From assembly GCA_951406725.2 (NCBI GenBank), contig OX597821.1, positions 108,624,001 through 108,688,000 on the forward strand: a DNA stretch of 64,000 nucleotides, read 5' to 3'. Every line of letters starts with the position of its first letter. Position 1 is the stretch's first letter. Position numbers and translations under genes: made by a program. This document shows positions 15,067 to 25,820 of this stretch, piece by piece. The notes under the pieces are model-generated. The model worked only from the letters and a program-made list of their open reading frames with translations. It made no database searches and was not told the origin of the DNA. Source of the stretch: Octopus vulgaris (Eukaryota).

Positions 15067-15068
<2 letters not shown>
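14330..15068 (-). mobile_element. Penelope-like element (Neptune-like), GIY-YIG domain plus 3' region
   Basis: ORF 14623-15039: FTCASENIIYVIRCSGCHQNYVGSTGLSLRRRCTLH...RLNKETFFIEKYKPKLN. Flanked by (TA)n on both sides. Confidence 0.9.
14444..14482 (-). ncRNA. Decayed hammerhead downstream of the GIY-YIG ORF
   Basis: Sense gagaaat-ttgaaaa-gttaacac-GAAA-ccggt-a-atttctt: 7-bp stem I, palindromic stem III ACCGGT, 5' core two transitions from CTGAAGA. Confidence 0.5.
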
Positions 15069-15114
<46 letters not shown>

Positions 15115-15117
<3 letters not shown>

Positions 15118-15537
15118 ATAGTAAATAGTGTAATAAAAATAAGTTATTATTATTACCAGTGACCTAGCACAAAAGACAAATTAGTCATTAGACTATATGT
15201 TATTCATATATAAGTACATTAAAAGGCTTCTTGTAAAGAAGCGAGTGCTAGATACAAAAAGGGGATAAATTTATGAAATGGAATGGAAATCAAAAACGTT
15301 TACCAACTCAGCTAATCTTGAGCCGCGGTTTCATCTTTTTTTAGCAAATGAATAGAATTTATCTGATTCTGGCCTTGACAGATAAGTTCTATTCATTTGC
15401 TAAAAAAAAGATGAAACCGCGGTTCAAGATTAGCTGAGTTGCTAAATGTTTTTGATATTCATTCCATTTCATAAATTTATCCCCTTTTTGTGTATCTAGA
15501 ACTCGCTTCTTTATTTGGAAGCCTTTTAATGTACTTA

Positions 15538-15540
<3 letters not shown>
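15115..15540. mobile_element. Fold-back element in (TA)n
   Basis: Arms of about 160 bp (15208-15366 / 15379-15540), left side extended by about 90 bp; contains GAAA-ccgcggt-t. Confidence 0.75.
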
Positions 15541-15601
<61 letters not shown>

Positions 15602-15614
15602 TATATATATTTGT

Positions 15615-15790
15615 TCTTTTATTGTTTTCCTTGTTGCAGTCATTTGACTGCGGCCATGCTGCAGCACCACCTGTAGTCGAACGAGTCGACTCCAGGACTC
15701 ATACTTTGTAAGCCTAGTACTTATTCTATCGGTCTCTTTTGTCGAACTGCTAAGTTACGGAGACGTAATTACACCAACATCGGTTCTTAA
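15615..15790 (-). mobile_element. CORE SINE family A, 3' half
   Basis: cagtcatttgactgcggccatgctg... match. Confidence 0.85.
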
Positions 15791-15920
15791 AAAACAACTA
15801 ACAACTAACACACATAACAACACATACATACATACATACATACATACATACATACATACATACATACATACATACATACATACATACGTACATACACACA
15901 CACACACACATATAAATATA

Positions 15921-15951
<31 letters not shown>

Positions 15952-15968
15952 GTCTCTCTCTCTCTTTA

Positions 15969-16857
15969 CGGGGTAGTACCAAGGGGTTCCTGGACTAGTT
16001 GTGTTTCATGAAAACTTTACCTAAGTTTTTATATCTTCTTCGAAATAGTCACCTTGCGCAGCAATACACCTGTCTCAGTGTTCCGGCCACGTTGGGAACC
16101 TGGCTTGGAAGTCCTTTTCCGCAAGCGAGTCATTCGCCTTCTGAGATCCGCTCTGGATCTAGACAACGGTATTAAGACGGCAACCTTTGAGCCGCATTTT
16201 CTTCTTGGGAACGAGATGGAATTCCACAAGCGCTAATTCTGGTGAATAGGGCCGGTGCAGAAGCGACAGTATGTTGCTTTTGGCGAGAAACTTATGAGTG
16301 GCGAGAGCTCAGTGACAGGGTACATTTTTGTTGTAAAGAATCCACAGATTTGGCTCCTTTCGCCGAATGTCCCCCCCCCGTCCCCAAACGCTTCGAAACT
16401 TCGCTATAGAACTCATGAATGACAGTGTGACACTATGGTACGAATTCTCAATGCACTATACCGCATTTCAGGGGATGATGCCCCTGTCAGGTTTACCAGA
16501 TCGTTTATCGTCTTCCGCTTTTGAAGCGCCCTTGTCACTCAAAACATTGTGTTCGAGCCATTACCTTGTTACCATAAGCCTGCATAAGCATGCTCAATGT
16601 CTCGGTAACATCCCCCGGCTTAACGCAAAATTGCACGTTCGCTTTTTGTTCGAGTCTATGACAAAGTCGCAGATTACAGTGTACATGTGATCACAATGGC
16701 AAAAATTTCACAACTTGCGAAGTAAACACAGCGATGTGACTCGACTCGCTGCTTCCAAAAAGTCACTAGTAGCTCACACTGCACACGCAACCGCATGCTG
16801 CCATCTGTTGGCGCCCTACAGAACTACTCCGAGAACGTCATTTTGATATCACCTCTG
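15969..16857 (-). mobile_element. Internally deleted mariner transposon
   Basis: Degenerate TIRs flanked by TA; N-terminal EQKANVQFCVK...MLMQAYG; C-terminal HRPYSPELA...LKGCR...RCIAAQGDYFEED. Confidence 0.88.
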
Positions 16858-16939
16858 TATGTATGTGTATGTATATGTATACAGATGTGTGTGTCTGTCT
16901 GTCTGCATGTATGTATGTATGCATGTATCTTGCAAAGAC

Positions 16940-17075
16940 GATCTAAAACTCGACTGAGGATAGGAAGATCCGAATGACCCGTCCTTGTTTTTACCTGTAC
17001 TTTTTTGTATCGTCGAAAGTCCGGATGTTTTGTTGTCGCCTGTTGCGTTCTTGCTCCATTTTTGTTATCTCATAT
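16940..17075 (+). mobile_element. Arm fragment of the 40644 fold-back family
   Basis: gactgaggatag...cgaatgacccgtccttgttt...ggatgttttgttgtc matches 40955-41087. Confidence 0.7.
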
Positions 17076-17647
17076 ATATATACATCTCACAAGCTGTCTA
17101 CTCAATGCGTTCAAACTAATTTTTCCATCGACTTGCCTTAACAGCCCTCGTTGTTTGCTTTTACTGTGTTATTCTCCTTGTCCTGTCTTTTACTGTTTAT
17201 ATTTGTATTGTTTTTACTGTCTTGTTTTGCATTTAATGTCCTGTTCTTGTTACCACTTTTATCCCTCCGCAAAAAATCCCAAATTTTATTTAATTTGCTT
17301 TGCGGGAAGGACTGTTTCAACGAAGTTGCGTCTTGTCCTTACAATCGGAACGCGAAGTAGGCGAAACAGGGACAACTGAAGAAAGGGAATATTCATTGTG
17401 TTGTATGTCTTGTACTCTGTTTTTTCGTTGTTTGAAAAAAGTTCGTTTCCATGCTTTTGTTTTTATGTTTTCGTTTCTCATTGCGTTCAACATTTTTTGG
17501 GTGTCCTGTATCCATATATGCATGTATATATACATATAGATGTAGGTATGTACATATATGTAAGTATATATGCATATGTTTATATATTATTTATGTTATT
17601 ATATGATCGAACGCCACGCATCCATTTCCAAGTTCGTTTCATCTTAT

Positions 17648-17678
<31 letters not shown>

Positions 17679-17782
17679 GATGTATGTCTGTATATGTATG
17701 TATATGTATATATGCATATATATATATATTTATATATATAAATATATATATATGCATGTATGTATATATTTATATACATATA

Positions 17783-17906
<124 letters not shown>

Positions 17907-17911
17907 TACTT

Positions 17912-18252
17912 TAAATAAAACCCTTGATTCAATAACACTCTATACTTGAAATGACAAATTGTAAATACTATAGGATTCTACTCATAAGGTATTGGAATCT
18001 TATATGTATACCATTCTGCCTAAAAAAATGGATCTAGAAATGCAATATCCGTACATATCTCACATCTGTCTTCTTTTATTTCCTCCACCTCACTCTATAT
18101 TTTATATCTTATCTAAAGTAACTATTTCTTAACCATCTCCTCACACCGTCTCCGATGAATGGAAACAATAAATATCCTGGAAACAGCTGTAAGACCTTCT
18201 ATCTATAATTGTTCTAAAATCTACACAGCCTTGTTTTTTTTTATCTCATTAC
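17912..18252 (+). mobile_element. Short Penelope-like element in (TA)n
   Basis: Unique segment between two long (TA)n tracts carrying a hammerhead motif. Confidence 0.55.
18148..18195 (+). ncRNA. Minimal hammerhead variant
   Basis: gtct-CCGATGA-atgga...tcctg-GAAA-cagctgt-A-agac: stem I gtct/agac, palindromic stem III ACAGCTGT, U4C. Confidence 0.6.
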
Positions 18253-18327
<75 letters not shown>

Positions 18328-18378
18328 TAATATTTGTATGCATGTGTGTATGTATGTATGTACGTATAGTGTCTTTTT

Positions 18379-19239
18379 TACGATGCATAAAACTGGTTAT
18401 GAACACTAAAATAATGGTAGTAAACAGATATAATTTTAATGCAACATTGATTACAACAAAACGCTTTATCACTCTATATGGCTGCCATTTTGGGCAATTT
18501 CTGCCTCCACACGAGAACGCAATTTTTTAGCAGCTGCCGTAACCTTCGTCTTTTTGATTTCGTGTGTCGCACGCATGATGCAGTTCTTAAAACTGGTGAC
18601 ACTTGAATGTGGTGACGCATTGGTCCTTGTTTGAAGTAAGCTCCATTAAATGTAATCGAGAAGGGTGAGATCTGAGATATTACTGGGCCAGATGTTGGCC
18701 CTCACAAAAACTGGCACCTTCTCACCAAGGAAGATCTATGTTGCTTTTAACCCATCGCATGGTACAGAATCCTGGTGCAGAATAAACAGTGACGATATTT
18801 GGTCGAAAGCTGATGAAGGATTGAACATTTTTGTCAGTTGTCTTTATTAATTTTTTTTTTTTTTCTATATTTTTCTCTTCATAACTTCCTCTCGTGTCCC
18901 TTTGAGCTTCATTTTCATCATGTGTGTGTGTGTGTATGTGGACTAATATCCCCTTTGTCTGGCCGCTTTTTATGCTTTGATACTGGTGATACGTTTCCAT
19001 CTTCAGTCTCTAGTTCCTTACAAACTGTCAAGCTGAAAGGTCTGGCAACTTTTAAAACTCGAGATATTTCTAAATCACTATGCTCAGCCTTTATAACCAC
19101 AACAACAGCATGGCTCTTCATTTCTTGAGTAAGGTCAGGATCTGCCCTTATTATTGTCTTAAACAAAGATTATACAGAGCAAAAAATGTTGCAATGACCC
19201 CCAAAAATTCATGTCCTCAAATATCTTATGCACCCCGTA
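18379..19239 (-). mobile_element. Degraded Tc1/mariner-superfamily (maT-like) transposon
   Basis: N-terminal HAVVVVIKAEHSDLEISRVLKV; catalytic remnants LHQDSVP and NIWPSNISDLTLLDY; partial TIR (tgcataa/ttatgca) next to TA. Confidence 0.7.
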
Positions 19240-19243
19240 TATT

Positions 19244-19318
<75 letters not shown>

Positions 19319-19325
19319 TATATAT

Positions 19326-19562
19326 GGCAACTGAAAGACGGAAATGGAATATAAGGGAATTTATTATTAATCACAGCAATGGTTTCAACACATCTAGAAT
19401 CAATCCCTCGTGGGTGGGAAAGTCAACAACTAGTTCTGGAGATACATCTGTACCAGTTGTTGGGTGTTCCACCCACGAGAAATCGATGCTAGCTGTATCG
19501 AAACAATTGTCGTGATTAGTAATAAATTCTTGTATATTCCATCTTTCCATCTTTCATTTGCC
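19326..19562. mobile_element. Fold-back element in (TA)n with hammerhead 3' half
   Basis: Imperfect arms of about 110 bp; right arm has gatgc-tagct-gtatc-GAAA-caattgt-C-gtg. Confidence 0.65.
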
Positions 19563-19677
19563 ATATACATATAGATTACTGCGAAAGTGACCGTGATTTT
19601 CCAGTAAGCTGCAAGGTGTAAACCGTTCGTTTTATTATCTGTAATATATGTATGTATATATTTATATTTATATATAT

Positions 19678-19711
<34 letters not shown>

Positions 19712-20264
19712 ATATATTACAGATAATAAAACGAATGGTTTACATATACATCCGTGTGTGTGTTTATATGTATGTGAACATGTAATGGCGTTTCTTTTCT
19801 TATTGTTATCAAACCTAATAATAAGCGGATCAGGTGTTCCTCAGAGTCTTTAATAAGATATCGTAACATGTAAACATGAGTTATATTAATGAGGTGGTTT
19901 GCTAAAACTTTAGTCCTTTCAAAATATGATGTGCTACATCATACCTTTTGAAGTAGATATATAATGTAAAAGTATAATTTCCTCATGTTAAGATACACCA
20001 ACACACATACAGGTATGTATATGTATGTATGTCTATATATGTGTGTATGTGTATGTGTGTGTGTGTGTATATGCACATACACATACACACACGCACATGT
20101 ACAGCCACACACAGATACATAGATAGACTGAATGGCAGATAGGTAAATAAAGTTTACTTCACAAGAAATTAGAAACTTGGAGAGAATGGGAAAACAATTC
20201 GTTTTAATTGCAGGAGTGAAGTATATAAAGCTATAAATAATAGCATATGATTATTGAGTCATAC

Positions 20265-20346
<82 letters not shown>

Positions 20347-20386
20347 GTCCATCCATCCATCCATCTATCTATCTAGGTATCTATCT

Positions 20387-20456
<70 letters not shown>

Positions 20457-20509
20457 GTCCATCCATCCATCCATCTATCTATCTAGGTATCTATCTATAT
20501 CTATCTATC

Positions 20510-20572
<63 letters not shown>

Positions 20573-21527
20573 ATGTATGTATGTATGTATGTATGTATGT
20601 ATGTATGTATGTATGTATGTATGTATGTATGTATGTATGAATGTATGTATATACCTATTTATCTATCTATCTTATATATATATATATATATATGAGCAAC
20701 CTATCCGATTAGAAAATGCTTCCAACTAAACTCCTGTTGGGTCGCCATATGTCCACATGTTTAAAGGTTGTTGAAGAGAAATAACTGTATAGTAGCTTCT
20801 GCTGTTGCTAAGTTGAGCATCTCACTTGCACTGGATATGTGTTACACCTTTCCCAATGTCTTAGACATGGATTGGGGAGAGAACAAAATACATAAATTTT
20901 CCTTAAACTCGAACTTGAAAAAAATGAACTACTTAGTTTATATAGATTTTCATATATATAGATTTTCATGACATCAATACTGACTGAAATTCAGGGTGAA
21001 TTAGTTTCACATTCCCGTTTTGATTGTCTCCTACTTCTGCAGCTGGTACTTGTCGATATGCCTGCCTTTATTGTTCTCCTATCTTCTGTTTTAAATACAG
21101 ATGATGATAAGGAAGCTGTGGTCGTTTTCTCATGCCGTTCTGCGCACTGATCTCCGGTTTTGCTACAAATTTTTCACGCTTTCAATGTTTATCAATGATT
21201 TTTCTGTTTAATTCTTTTATTTACTAAAATATACTTGGCTAAACCTGTTGAGACTATTTCTTTTTTTCTTTTATATATTGATAAAAACGAATGATTATCA
21301 CAATTTTATTTGAAATTTCTGTCCCTCACACAAGCATGAGCGAAAGAAAGCTAGAGCAAATATTTTATTATTCTATCTACTCCAAGAAACTTACAGAAAT
21401 AATTAGCGCAATATTACCGAGAACTGGAGCAAACATTGCAACAGAATGAACTCCAGTAAGGGCACTTGAAGGCCAGTGGAAGGGCTAAACCAAGTGAAAG
21501 ACTAAAGAGGCCAACAAAGAATCTCAA

Positions 21528-21921
21528 TACAGTTCTATATTTAAGAGATGAGGAATTATGTAATTATTAATATCATATGCCCGTGGGCATATGGCTTATT
21601 GGTTAAGAGTGCGGGCTACTAAACCCCAAAACTCCGAGTTCGGTTCCAGGCAGTGACCCGAATAATAATAATAATAATAATGACAACAACAACAACAACA
21701 ATAATAATAATAATAACAATAACAATAACAATAATAATAATAATAATAATAATAATAGTAATAATAATAACAACAACAACAACAACAACAACATCGAAAA
21801 ATACCTTAGGAATGAGAACCCAGGATCGAAACTTCCCCAAGACTCCTGATGAAGGCTGGAGCTATATAAGCCAAAACAAGATAAGGACAAATATCCGTGA
21901 AATGTAAATAATGTAAATAAG
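21528..21921 (+). mobile_element. tRNA-head + hammerhead element with inverted tail and 9-bp TSD
   Basis: Inverted tail 21528-21562; tRNA-like head 21585-21658; (AAT/AAC)n; CTGATGAaggctg at 21846; gaatctcaa duplicated at 21519-21527 and 21922-21930. Confidence 0.85.
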
Positions 21922-22139
21922 GAATCTCAAAACGCAAAGAACCCGATGAATACTACAAGGTAGCACATCCGACGTTCTAGATATTTTACAAGTTAAACAA
22001 CCCAGCACAGGTATTTTATGTCATCAATTTCTTTTTCTTTATAGGTTTCAGCCCAAAATCAGTGCCCTTACTGGAGCACCACCATCTAAAACTATAAAGT
22101 TGCATCTGTCTATATATGTAAGTATGGTAGTCTCTCGGT

Positions 22140-22780
22140 ACATTATTTACAATGGAAGGATTGGTGCCCTCATCTTGTTATCACAACGTTTCGGCTGATG
22201 TACTCTCCAGCTTTCATCAGGTGTTCTGGTGGAATTTCGAACCCCACCCTTTATTTGACTAATGGGGAATATTGTTCTCATTTCTAAAATATGTTGCTGA
22301 TGTTATTTTTGTGTTGATATTTTTCACTAGGATTGAACTTAGAATTCGAGGGTTAGTAGCCGGCGCTCTTATCCACTACGCTATATGCCCGTGGGCAATT
22401 ATAGAGTGAATTTTAGTGCTTATAAACCTATCTTATCTTTTGTTGAGACTGGTTCTCATATTACATTCATATGTGCATTTAGTCTGCCTAGAAGGTTATT
22501 GTATCCTAGCATATGTACAGCATCCCGCCTCCCCAAATATCGAAAAGTAGTCTCTGGGGTCCGAGACAGTATTGTAAGATCTTGCTGAACAAACTGCGCG
22601 AATGATTCGTTTAAAGCGATCAAACATTTGTGCTGCTGCACTGGCACACTCCCTCCATGAAATTGAAGTTGTCTGAACAGGTGTATGATGTGCCACACGT
22701 CTGATGTCAACGTACCACACATCGGATGTGTAAGTAATGTGAGATGAAGTGGTTAGTTACAAAAACACCACGTACCACTT
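22140..22780 (-). mobile_element. Diverged tRNA-head + hammerhead element with upstream unique sequence
   Basis: Same order on the minus strand: tgcccacgggca hairpin, tRNA-like head (about 22325-22390), gaaatgagaac, hammerhead, tgtaaataatgtac. Whether 22400-22780 belongs to the element is uncertain. Confidence 0.75.
22180..22225 (-). ncRNA. Minimal type-I hammerhead ribozyme, intact core
   Basis: Sense aacac-CTGATGA-aa-gctg gagagtacat cagc-c-GAAA-C-GTT-gtgat; loop-less palindromic stem III (ACGT). Confidence 0.8.
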
Positions 22781-22854
22781 GATCCATGGATCGATCCCAT
22801 GACTGCCAGATCGTGAGTGCTACAGCCTAACCATCAGGCCATGCATCCTCACTG

Positions 22855-22906
<52 letters not shown>

Positions 22907-23049
22907 GAGTCATTCTCTCCCCCCCTCTCTCTCTCTCTCTTTCTCTTACGCATATATATATATATATATACATATCCATAAATCTGTTGTTTGTGTATAC
23001 AACGTGCTTCCGCATAAAGACCGTTGGGCAGATGAATAGGTGTTATAAC

Positions 23050-23375
23050 TATTAGGTGAATGGCAAGAATTCTGAAAAATTGTGAAAAAAATACAAGCTC
23101 ATCTCTTATAGCTATATTCGAAGAAGCAGAGGTCTTGGAAATATTATCACAAAAGGAAGAGTAGAGGACAACAAATCAAGCAACAGGCAAAGAGCACGAC
23201 CAGTGGACAATACTACAAACTGGCTGGTCAAGAGTGGCAAAGCAAATAGAGAGCTCGCGCTTAAATTGGGAAGACTTCTGATGTAGGACCATCAAAGCGC
23301 AGCAGGCGTACAGTATAAGACGACAACGACGTCGATGACAGCGATGACGACGACGACGACGATGATGATGGCAGG
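23050..23375 (+). mobile_element. RTE-clade LINE 3' remnant
   Basis: KLISYSYIRRSRGLGNIITKGRVEDNKSSNRQRARPVDN..NW resembles the RTE C-terminus; (GAC/GAT)n tail. Confidence 0.55.
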
Positions 23376-23996
23376 GATATATTAAGAAACACTTACCCAA
23401 GGTGTCGCACAGCGGGACTGGACACGATACTAGGTCATTGCAAAACCCGCATTTTAAGCTATGAAAAGTATGAAAGGCGTCAAAATAATGAAAGGCAAAT
23501 TTGACCTGTACGTTATTTGAACTCGGGGCACGGACAGTATTAATAGATACATCAAAGTATATTGTCGAACGCTCTAGATAGACTATGCCAATTCGCAGCC
23601 TTATTATAAGAGGCGCTCGTTATGGATGACCTTGGGTTAAACAACAACAAGAACAACAGCCAGGAGAAATCTAAACAATGCTGACGTAAGCATTAAACAA
23701 ACTGGAATGAACACCAGATTTTCGAATTTTAAGACATTTCTAATAAGATTCTAATTAACAACAGGCAACTGGAACACAGCCGGAACGCAGACGAGGAGGT
23801 GTGGCAGGGAGGGAATTTGGAAGTAATTTCCGTTCCATATTAGCACTCACACAATCAAGAACATATGTATATATATATATATACGAATAGTCAGTTAGAA
23901 AGGGCGCACATACATACATACACACACATATAGATACATACATACAGACAGACAGACAGAAGTCCCCACGCGCTCGCACACGCGATTTTATATATA

Positions 23997-24163
23997 GGCA
24001 CAGACGTGGCTGTGTGGTATGAAATTTACTTCCCAACCACATGGTCCCTGGTTCACTCACACTGCACATTGGACAAGTGTCTCCTGCTGAAGCATCGAGC
24101 CGACAGAATCCTTACGGACGAATTTAGCGGACGGAAACTGAAAGAGGCCTCGTGTAGGCCGTC

Positions 24164-24205
<42 letters not shown>

Positions 24206-24725
24206 GGGTGTGGTAAGTAGCTTGATTATCAACGACATGGTTCAGTCCCACTGCGTGGCACCTTGGGTGATTGTCTTCTACTATAGTCTCGGGGCGACCA
24301 AAGACGGAAACTGAAAGAATCCCGTCGTATATATGTATCTGTGTTTTTTTTCTCTCTGTGTATCTTTCTGTTGAAGAGCGTAGGCTCGAAACGTTAAAGA
24401 CTTGTTTTATTTATATTTCCTGAGCGCCATACTAATACAATTGTTTGTTTGTTTTCCACCTGCCTTCGTCTTTTGTCTATTTTCATAAAGCTTCCCGTTA
24501 TATATATGTATGTGTGTGTGTGTATGTTTGTGTGTCTGTGTTTGTCCTCCTAGCATCTCTTGACCACCGATGGTGGTGTGTTTACGTCCCCGTAACTTAG
24601 CGGATCGGCAAAAGAGACCGATAGAATAAGTGCTAGGCTTAAAAAGAATAATATTTGCTCGACTAAAGGCGGTGCTCCAGCTTGACCGCAATCAAATGAC
24701 TAATACAAGTAAAAGAATAAAAGAG
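23997..24725 (+). mobile_element. Two CORE SINE family A copies, the second interrupted by a hammerhead element
   Basis: Heads at about 23997 and 24204; 3' half resumes at about 24505 after the insert. Confidence 0.85.
24363..24400 (+). ncRNA. Minimal hammerhead variant (element about 24340-24500)
   Basis: tcttt-CTGTTGA-a-gagc gtag gctc-GAAA-C-GTT-aaaga; A6U core change. Confidence 0.7.
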
Positions 24726-24729
24726 TATA

Positions 24730-25032
24730 TCGCGCTTCAGGACTGGTTACTGCAACAGCCTGGGTTTCATGGGCCCACAGCTTTTTAATATTCTCCCAAA
24801 GAATCTGGGGAACCCATACAAAGTGGATGCAGGTGTTTTGAAATCAAAACTGGGCCTCTTCCTGTCGAGAGGCGCAGGTGAACATACCTCGCGAAAAGAG
24901 GTCCAAATTAGTGTGCCGACATCAAACGCTATTCTTTCTTCACCAATTGCCACCTATTAGAGTAGGGTTTCAGTTACAACAGCGTAGCAAAACGGCAGTG
25001 TCCCAGCATGGCCACAGCTCTGAGCTGAAAAC
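24730..25032 (+). mobile_element. CR1-group LINE 3' fragment
   Basis: NSLGFMGPQLFNILPKNL...LKSKLGLFL...TSNAIL, followed by a stem-loop tail. Confidence 0.75.
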
Positions 25033-25072
25033 ATACATATATACATACATACAGATATACATATATACATAC

Positions 25073-25134
<62 letters not shown>

Positions 25135-25136
<2 letters not shown>

Positions 25137-25450
25137 GAGACCCTCTTCGGTCATGATTGACCATGTGATTGCACCAAGAAAGTAACCCTCCGCAGCAAAA
25201 TCCGTGAAGGTTTGTTTATGGAAGACCAGCAGCCTCCCATCTCCACATCACTGATGTTATCCAAGGGAAAGGCAAAGGCCGATACAGCTTGGCACCTGTG
25301 ACTTCGTAACTCATTTCTACAGCTGAGTGAACTGGAGCAACGTGAAATAAAGTGTCTTGTTCAAGAATACAACACGCAACCCGGACCGGGATCCGAACTC
25401 ACAACCTCGCGATCGTTAGCGTGACACTCTAATCACTAGGCCATGCGCCC
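25135..25450 (-). mobile_element. tRNA-derived SINE (family C)
   Basis: Sense head gcgcatggcctagtgattag...gagttcggatccc and CORE-like ttcttgaacaagacacttt. Older relatives at about 22780-22850, 50590-50775 and 58990-59160. Confidence 0.8.
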
Positions 25451-25459
25451 TCACACACA

Positions 25460-25509
<50 letters not shown>

Positions 25510-25559
25510 TATAAATATATATATGTATATGTATATAAATATATGTGTATATATATATT

Positions 25560-25780
25560 GATAAAAATAGTAAGACAACAAAAGAAAGAAAGAGACCTCG
25601 ATATTATGTAAATAGAGGAATTTATCTGTAAATGAAATATGTGACAATTATTCGGTAGACATGATAAAACTCCGAGTTTCTGATACCAACTGAAGAGATA
25701 ATGGCGTGGATTTCCACCCCGGCATCCGAAACTCGGAGTTTTATCATGGCTACCGAATAATTGGCACATATTACGTTTAC

Positions 25781-25785
<5 letters not shown>
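25560..25785. mobile_element. Fold-back hammerhead element in (TA)n
   Basis: Inverted arms of about 55 bp, left arm extended by about 65 bp; related copy at 34022-34220. Confidence 0.8.
25682..25745 (+). ncRNA. Type-I hammerhead ribozyme
   Basis: CTGAAGA-gat...gtgg att tccac...atc-c-GAAA-ctc g ga-GTT-ttatc; core intact, stem I weakened. Confidence 0.7.

Positions 25786-25819
<34 letters not shown>

Positions 25820-25820
<1 letters not shown>

Noticed and set aside
19836-19876. Hammerhead-like gttcctcaga...cgtaacatgtaaac
   Set aside because: Too many core mismatches to distinguish from chance.
21585-21658. Functional tRNA gene
   Set aside because: Acceptor and T stems do not pair fully, and it is embedded in a repeat; treated as a tRNA-derived promoter.
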